From Octopus vulgaris (lineage: Eukaryota): DNA of 64,000 bases. This document shows positions 55,237 to 64,000 of this stretch, piece by piece. The translations under genes and the position numbers were made by a program. Every line of letters begins with the position of its first letter. The stretch's first letter is position 1. A model generated the notes under the pieces. That model was not told the DNA's origin. It did no database searches and saw only the letters and a program-made list of their open reading frames with translations. The stretch is from NCBI GenBank assembly GCA_951406725.2, contig OX597836.1:3100001-3164000 (forward strand), read 5' to 3'.

Positions 55237-55822
55237 GATGTAGCGGATATATCATTGTTAAAGAGGACAACAAATGTTATGGCAAAGCAAACATCTCAAG
55301 TCATATATATTAATATTATTGGAAAAAATAATTTTAAGTCTTAAAGTTGTTTCTGGGAAGTCCCCAGAGTATGGGATAATTCTGCCATCGCAAACAAATA
55401 GGGACAATGAGAATTGTATAGACTAATGAAATGACGACATAGAGAACAGGAGTAAATGAATAAGGAGATGAAGAAAGAGAAGAAAAATGAAGTATAATAG
55501 CTCACAGTTCAAAATTCCAATCTTGTAGAAATAAATCCAAAAATACTTAGGTGTAATCCTGCTTAAATCCAGGATTTTCTTCTCTTCCTTCATCTCCTTA
55601 TTCCTTTACTCCTGTCCTCTATGTGGTCATTTCATTAATACACACCTTTCTCATTTTCCCTATTTGTCCCAGATGACGGAATATCCCATACCCTGGGATA
55701 TCCCAGAAATTGTAGTAAGACTTTTAATTTTTTTCCAGTAATAATAATGTGTATGACTTGAGATATGTGACTTGCCTTAACTTTTGTTGACCTCTTTAAC
55801 AATTATATATATCTCCACTACC
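55237..55822. mobile_element. Long imperfect inverted repeat (~250 bp arms, ~87 bp spacer); each arm carries a decayed hammerhead-like motif
   Basis: Arm 55237-55487 mirrors 55574-55822. Plus strand 55666-55721 reads gtcc-CAGATGA-cggaATATCCCA-taccc-TGGGATATccca-GAAA-ttgtag-TA-agac. Confidence 0.85.
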
Positions 55823-56144
55823 TCAAGTTTTCCTAAAATTTAAATCCACATCTTTGTCTATATATCTACCTTCTCTATACTGTTATCACTTGATATGAAA
55901 ATTATGTATTAATGGAAAACCTCTATTAATGGCTGAAGAGTGCTTAGCATTTTAAAACTGTTGTAATACTTACAACATTTAATAAAATGATGTAGTGCGT
56001 AACGATCGTACCAAATTACCGGAATCATTCTTGTTGCTTATTTTGATTATAATCACCTCACAGATTTATATGGATAACATCATACAGAATTCTGGTGCAT
56101 CCAACTTAAGTACCATATTCATTTGAATCTAAATTTTGTTGAAC

Positions 56145-56198
<54 letters not shown>

Positions 56199-56754
56199 TG
56201 AGTGTTTGCTCTCTCAGTCTTTGACCTTTCAGTTATTATTATTGCAGATGATTGCTATCAATATGAATACAATGCTTCTACATATTAGTATTCATGATTG
56301 TGTGTGTGTCTGATGCGTTTGCGGGTATGTCTTTAGTATATGTACGACTTGAATATGTGTACACTGCACCTATACACTCATTTCAAATGTGAATCAATTC
56401 TACAGTGGCAATAAACGCGATTATTTGGCAGCGGTAGCTATTTGCGTGGAAAAGACGTATGTTTGACTCCGCGAGAGAGATATGGCCGGAAGGAAATCAG
56501 GACAGAAATTGAATATTTTTAAGTACATTGATTGTTGAATTTCTATGACGTTCGAAACAGTAACAACATATCGTTCTTACTTTTGCTGTTTCCTTCCTTC
56601 TTCTCGTCTCCTTCCTTCTCTATAATAATTTCTCTAGCCACACCTTTATCTCTTACTGCTTTCGTTTATCATCTCTTACTCCTTTCTTCCACTATCATTC
56701 ATTATCCTTCCTCTCATTACCATCGTCGTCGCCATCGCTGTCAGAGTTGTCGTT

Positions 56755-56830
56755 TTCGTCATCATCATCGTCATCATCATCGTCATCATCATCACCATCG
56801 TCATCATCATCATCATCATCATCATCATCA
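56755..56830. repeat. (CAT)n/(CGT)n microsatellite
   Basis: Directly visible; source of the poly-His ORF. Confidence 0.97.
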
Positions 56831-57526
56831 GTATGTATTTTCACAATGCACATCATTTCCTTGCACACATTCACCTTTTACGCGTTTTCGTCCTTCTTCA
56901 CGTTTCATTCTACTACGTTCCTTCCTCTCAACGCATCGTCTATTTTTTTTTTTTTCATCAAATTCTTCACCTCTTCGTCTTCCATTCTAATCGTCTTCCA
57001 CCTTTCGTCCTTTCATCTCCTTAGCACTTATCGCTACTAAATCCATTTACCAACGTTTGCCTTTCAATATGCCAATGAATCTCTGTGTGTGTGTGTGTGT
57101 GTATGTGTGTGTGTGTATGTGTGCGTGTGTCGGATATTCTGTGTACGTGTTCGTATAAATATGTACGCTTATTTGTGCTTGTTAGTATTTATGTGAATAT
57201 TATTCTGTGCTTATACCCATGGATGGATATGCGGCGGGTGCATTCGACTGTTGTGAGTATATTTCTATTTCGATGTTGGTGCATTGCAGTATATATATGT
57301 ATACAAAATTGAAAATAAGTGTGCGTATATGTGTATGTATGTATATATATATATATGTGTGTGTATGTGTGCATATATACATAGATACATATATATACAT
57401 GCATATACACACATATATGTATATATACGTATATGTATATATGTGTTGATGGATGGATTTGTGTGTATATATATATGTATGTTTATTTATATATATATAA
57501 TACGCATATTGAAATTCATAAATATG

Positions 57527-57558
<32 letters not shown>

Positions 57559-58094
57559 GATATACGTTTCTACACACACACACACACACACACGCGCACA
57601 CGCACACACGCACACACACACACACATGGCTAGCTAGTTAGCTAGCTAGCTAGATAGATAAACAGAGATAGATACATACATACATACATACACATATAAA
57701 ATGCATGCATGTATACATACATGTGTTTATATATCAAATCACATGTATAAAGCCGTGTGTAGTTGAAATATAAATGTAGAGAAGGTTTTGTATATGCATG
57801 TGGATGTGTGAGTGTGTCCATATGCGTGCACGAACGTACAGCTACATGTGTATAAGTACAGACACATGGATAGATAAAGAGATTGCTATAATGTATAAAT
57901 AAATGAATAAATAAATAAACATTCAAAGATATTTGTAAGTAGGTAAAAGAAAGCAAAACAAAGCAAAAAAAGCATCTTTTACGCCTTAACATCGTATTCT
58001 CAGACTTCAATATAAACTGGATGTTAGAAAGAAGGAAATTAGTTGCAGGCGCCATTTTCTACTGAATGAAAGAATCCCTACATTTAGTTCGAAC

Positions 58095-58168
58095 TTCCTT
58101 TTTCTCACCCCGTCGCACTCTCAATTTCCCTCTATATTTCTCTCCCTCTCTCCCTGACATTTTCTGCT

Positions 58169-58226
<58 letters not shown>

Positions 58227-58943
58227 CCTCTCTTTATTTTCTAAATTTTCTTTTCGTTCTTTCACTCACTTTGTCAGTTTCAATACTTTTCTCTCCCACT
58301 GTCTCTCTCTATCTATCATCTCTCACTCTCTGACTTTCTCTCTCTCACTCTCTCAATCTATCTCTTACTTTCTCTCCCGTGTCTCTCTCTCTCTCTCTCT
58401 CTTTCCCGTCTCTTTGTTTGTGAATTCTCTCTCCTTCATTTCACTCTCTTTGAATACTTGTTTCTCTATTTCTCTGTCTTTCTTTCGCTCCCCTCTTCCC
58501 GTCCCTCTCTCTCCCACTCCATCTCTCCCCTCTCCATCTCTCTCCCTCTCCCCTCTCTCACTCTCTCTATATTTCTCTCTGTTCCCCCACACACACTTCC
58601 TTTATCTTTTCGCGATTTCTTCTTTGCCTTTTCACCCGTTGACTCTAATATTCATTTCTCCCCTTCTTTCACAATTTACGAATACTTTTTTCTCATTTTA
58701 CTCATTCCTCTCTCCCTCTCTCTCTCTCCCTCTCACTCCCCTTGCTCCCTCTCTCTCTTCTTCTCATTTTCCACAGACTATCTCTCTTTTATTCCATAAA
58801 CATTCTCTCATGCTCTCTTGCCTATCTTCTTGTTTGTGTCTCTCTTTTCTGAATACAACCTATCTATTCTCTCTATTCTCTCTATTCTACTAAACACATT
58901 CTCTCTCTTTCTCTTTCTTTCAGCCTTTGTCTCACCCTCTACC

Positions 58944-58974
<31 letters not shown>

Positions 58975-59350
58975 TCACACCTTCACTCTGTAACGCGTCA
59001 TGTTTCTTCTGGCTCTCCTTATACACGTGTCTGTCTTCACCTCTTTTCTGCTTCTTCTCTCGCCCTACCCCTCACTGTTACTTCTCAACAGACTTCCTCT
59101 CCTCTCTCTATACTGTGACTCTTTTTCTCCCCATTCTCTCCGTATAACACTTTTTAATGTGCTATACAATCTATTCTTCTCTCCTTTTCCTGTGCTCTCT
59201 ATCTCTCTCTCCCTCTCTATCTATCTATCAGTTTCTTTTATCCCCTATCCCTTTTTTTAATAACTCCATCTCTTTTTAATTTTCTACTTTCACCCTCTAA
59301 ATCTATCTCTCGCTCCCGAACTTTTTTCTCTCGCCATTTCTTCTCTATTG
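58095..59350. repeat. ~1.2 kb CT-rich polypyrimidine tract
   Basis: Strong C/T strand bias with (CT)n runs. Confidence 0.93.
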
Positions 59351-60013
59351 CTCTCTGCCAAAGGATATTATGATTTTCAAAGATACAACATCTCAACATG
59401 ATTGCTTGCGGAGGATAACAGATTTGAAATAAATTAACTTCCTGTTGTGGTTCCTTTGCTCTCACAAAATAGGATTCTTCTGTGAAGCACCGTGAAATTC
59501 TAGCGAGGCCACCATTTTGAGTGGATTTCTTGTTATTAGATTCTTAAGAAATGAAAGGAGAATAAAAACAAATTGAAATAAAAAAAAACGGAACGTGTGA
59601 GAAAGAAAGGCATAAGGGTTGGTCTAATTTAGGCTTTTTGCACGCACACACATACACACACATGTGCATATATATATATGTGTGTGTGTGCGTGTGTGTG
59701 TGTGTGCATGTGTGTATGTATATATATATATATATGTTTATGTATATATGTATGTATGTTTATGTATATGTGTATGTATGTTTATGTATATATATATATG
59801 TATATTTATGCATGTATATATATATATTTATGCATGTCTATGTATATATATATATATATATATGTATGTTTATATACATATATACACACATATATATTTA
59901 TATATATTCATATATATATATATATATATATACATATATATACATATACACTTATATTTATATATATATATGTTATGCTTACATTTATGATTATATGTGT
60001 ATAGATGTATATG

Positions 60014-60084
<71 letters not shown>

Positions 60085-60136
60085 CCATATGTACTTATAT
60101 GTATGTATACACATAGTACAAATGTGTATGCATAAT

Positions 60137-60202
<66 letters not shown>

Positions 60203-60692
60203 TACAGTACGTTACGTATGTTCAATGTAACCGTTCAAATATGCATTCGCGTCTGTGTGTTTGTGTGTGTAAGCCTGTGTCTATTCATGCCTCATTTTGT
60301 TCTACGATGCATGTATTTACAAGATATTACTTTCCGCATCTTCTTCTCGGGGATGAGGTATATTTTTGTTGATTTTAATAGATCGAGGTGTAAGATGAAG
60401 AGAAATCAGAATTAAAGCTTCCCTAACATTTAAAGTCACATGTACTATATATTTACATATAAACCTGCTCACGGAAACGTAAACATCTGCAAATGTATTG
60501 CGTATGTATCTGTCTTTCTGCCTAAATGCTTACAGTCAGTAGGTGTGGCTGTGTGGTAAGTAGCTTGTTTACCAACCACTTGGTTCCGCGTTCAGTCCCA
60601 CAGCATGCACCTTGGGCAAGTGTTTTCTCTTATAGCCTCAGGCAGGCCAAAGCCTTGTGAGGGGATTTGGTAGAAGAACACAGAAAGAGGCC

Positions 60693-60742
<50 letters not shown>

Positions 60743-60745
<3 letters not shown>

Positions 60746-60960
60746 CGCTCTCTTAAGCACCACCAGCTCAAATATTGTCTCCTCTGCCTTCCCTCCTTGG
60801 GATCTTTCCTTCTCCTTGTTTCCGACGAAGAGCTCCGCTCGAAACGTTAAACCCTCCTTCCCTTCTTTCCTGAGCGTCAATAATACTTTAATTGTTCCAC
60901 GTCCTGCGTTGCTGTGTTTTTTTTCTCTTTTTTTCTGTGTTTTCTTGTTTGGATTAACTA
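60743..60960 (+). mobile_element. Short TA-flanked element carrying a minimal hammerhead motif (Penelope-type terminal repeat-like)
   Basis: Bounded by (TA)n. Its 3' end tttcttgtttggattaact recurs at ~5250-5320 (+) and 1144-1164 (-), always next to TA repeats. Confidence 0.75.
60818..60852 (+). ncRNA. Minimal type I hammerhead ribozyme motif (variant core)
   Basis: gttt-CCGACGA-a-GAGC-tcc-GCTC-GAAA-CGTT-aaac: helix I 4 bp, helix II 4 bp, self-complementary loopless helix III, and C instead of U at core position 4. Confidence 0.65.
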
Positions 60961-61230
60961 TATATATACATATATATATATACATATATATGTATATGTT
61001 TCTGTGCCTGTGTTTTCTCCCCACCATCACTTGACAACCGATGTTGGTGTGTTTATCTCCCTGTATTCTAGCTGTTCGGCAAGTGACCGATAGTATAAGT
61101 ACTAGGCGTACAAAGAATAGTTTCCTGGGTGTTATTTGTTCAACAAAGTTTGCACTCCAGCATAGCCGCAGTAAAATCACTCCTGCAAGTAAATAAATAT
61201 ACATGTGCGTGTGTGTATGTGTGTGTGAAA

Positions 61231-61266
<36 letters not shown>

Positions 61267-61830
61267 GGGAGAGAAAATAGTAATCCAGTGAAGGGGAAGT
61301 AGTGAGAGTAATAGCCCTGACTGAGAGAGTGTGAGAGAAAGAAACAGCAACGAGAGAAAGCAAGGAGTGATATCTGAATGAGGAAGAAAGGAGTGAAAGA
61401 AGTACATCAGCGTTTCAACGCTTCGTGAGTATATGTGTGTATATGTGTTCGTGTACAAGGAAAGTATGTGAATATCTGTATGTGTGATTATTATGTACCT
61501 TATATAAAAAATACTACAATTAACCGTCGTTATTGACGGCACGTGGTCAGCCAGTACTATTATATTTCACAGGATTGCGCCCTTCTTTGTTTTGTATTCA
61601 TCTTGTAGTTAAAGATGAACTCCCATTGTGGTTCGAGTCTTTATCTAAGTATCACAATATCGCCGTCCTTATATTTCTTTTATTCCTTCTCTAATCAATT
61701 TTTCATCTATATAAGTGTCACCATTGTTTACCTGTCTATTTGTCTACCTTCCTTCATACTACTCGTATTCTAACTTGCGCATTAACTTCGCTATTATTTT
61801 ATATTTTATATCACTATGTTACACTGAATA

Positions 61831-61911
<81 letters not shown>

Positions 61912-62278
61912 GTACACCGCCTTCTGTGTATCTATTTTATGCATGATCTATTTCTCTATCTGTATTGTACTTAGATATATTGTTGATTTATATAACATAA
62001 TATTTAATTGTATGAAACTATACTGTATAATGCTGCTAGTCTCAACTTTTGTATTATATTTTCAGATGGACTATTGCTTATTTTATTTTATTTATGATTC
62101 TTTATAGATCTATGTGTTTTATTCAGTCTCTTGTACGTTAAGCGATTTGGTAACTTGTCAAAATGTCCGCCTCATAATATTTTTTGCTACGTCAGTCTTC
62201 ATCACGCTGGAAATACACATGCAGTAAGACGCAGTTATACATATACCAATGATAATCATTTCCCACACACACACGCAG

Positions 62279-62701
<423 letters not shown>

Positions 62702-63142
62702 TTGAGTAGAAAAATGAAATATCTTTTTATGGATAATTCAACTCCATTCTTTCATTTATTCATAAATTTTATAAAAATATATATATATATATATATACAT
62801 ACTCGACAAGCTGTTTCATCTACATAGATTCTAATGATATCGTTTCACTGCACCTCTTATCACTACATAGTATATTCTGTGTACTTAACTTTACGAATCC
62901 TTTCAAAAGTTTTCGGTATATTTTAATAAGTTGCACGTGTTCTCGTCTCTCCTTCGCTGTCATCAATATCAATACAATGTGTCTAAATCTCTCATCTGCT
63001 GTTATCTTCTGCCAGGAGCCAACAACTCGGAGAAATTGCAGAATAACCTGTCACAATATATGAATAATGTATATTAGTCTATGATTGTATTACCCCCATC
63101 TGTTACCAGCAACGGAATTATTATTATTATTATATATATAAA

Positions 63143-63199
<57 letters not shown>

Positions 63200-63584
63200 T
63201 ATATATATAGAGAGAGAGGGTGAAAGAGACATATAGATAGGTAGGTAATGCATGCATAAAAAATAAATAAATATATATATATATATATATATATGTTTAT
63301 ATTTATATATATATATATATGTATATATATATGTGTGTGCCTGTGTTTGTGTGTACCTGTATATGTCTGTGTCCGCGTGTGTGTATAATTGCGTGCCTAA
63401 GTGTTAGATATGTATTAGTATTGTTTGTGTAGAGGAAATAAAGCAATTATGGGGAAAGGTGAAATGCGAAATGAGAAGAGAAGGTGAGATATAAGTAGGG
63501 AAAGAGATGTAAAAAATAGACAGAAAAGAAGTCGGAAGAACAATTTAAAATAGTAAAGTGGAATGTAGCAGTAGTTTCAGGTAT

Positions 63585-63643
63585 AATTCTAAGATTAAAA
63601 TTCTAAGATTAAAATTCTAAGATTAAGATTCTAAGATTACAAT
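63585..63643. repeat. Minisatellite, 14 bp unit AATTCTAAGATTAA x ~4
   Basis: Directly visible tandem copies with single substitutions. Confidence 0.92.
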
Positions 63644-63814
63644 TGAATTTCAAAATGAGAGGAACAGTACTTGTTCTCTATAAATGGTGTTCGAAAAAGA
63701 TATGGAGGACATTTGGTATCAAAAATCTCCTGAACTAGTTATGTTAAATTTAAAAAATAACTTATTTACCTATGTTTTAACACCATCTCCTTCGACATAG
63801 TAATCTTGCACGGC

Positions 63815-63862
63815 AACATTGTGAGTGGATTTGGTAGGCAGAAACTGAAAGAAGCCTATCGT
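63815..63862 (+). mobile_element. Short fragment of SINE family B head 3' end
   Basis: ttgtgagtggatttggtaggcagaaactgaaagaagcc matches 18458-18498. Confidence 0.7.
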
Positions 63863-64000
63863 ACCTTTGCCCATATAATACAGTAAATGAATTGATTGCA
63901 TCGCAATCCTTAACATTTATGTATTAACCTTGTTGGTTACTTCACTAGCAGTATATTGGATATATGTTATCCCATGGAGGGTTGCATTTACAACCCCTAT

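Larger units (their letters stand above)
60541..61198 (+). mobile_element. Bipartite SINE family B with a nested insertion in its internal TA tract
   Basis: Head 60541-60697 (A-box tggctgtgtggtaa, B-box gttcagtcc, CORE-like caccttgggcaagtg), then (TA)n, insert 60743-60960, and tail 61015-61198. Confidence 0.85.

Overview
This is AT-rich, microsatellite-saturated eukaryotic non-coding DNA. The repeat families and composition suggest a cephalopod, probably Octopus (inference, not checked by search). I cannot support any intact host protein-coding gene: most ORFs in the six-frame track are translated (TA)n/(CA)n/(GA)n/trinucleotide repeats. The recognisable content is decayed mobile DNA: R4/Dong-like, Hero-like and RTE-like non-LTR retrotransposon fragments, L1/Tx1-like ORF1 remnants, mariner transposase remnants and MITEs, a complete-looking non-autonomous Helitron, and three or more tRNA-derived SINE families. 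Four observations stand out. (1) Several unrelated short elements, often in TA tracts or arranged as inverted pairs, share a minimal hammerhead-ribozyme architecture of the Penelope type. (2) One of these is fused to a tRNA-like Pol III head and forms a ~575 bp head-to-head palindrome. (3) An old ~3 kb-spaced duplication retains a 65/67-identical core inside diverged flanks. (4) Stacked Dong-like insertions occupy one (TAA)n array. All coordinates and alignments were read by eye, and element boundaries are approximate.
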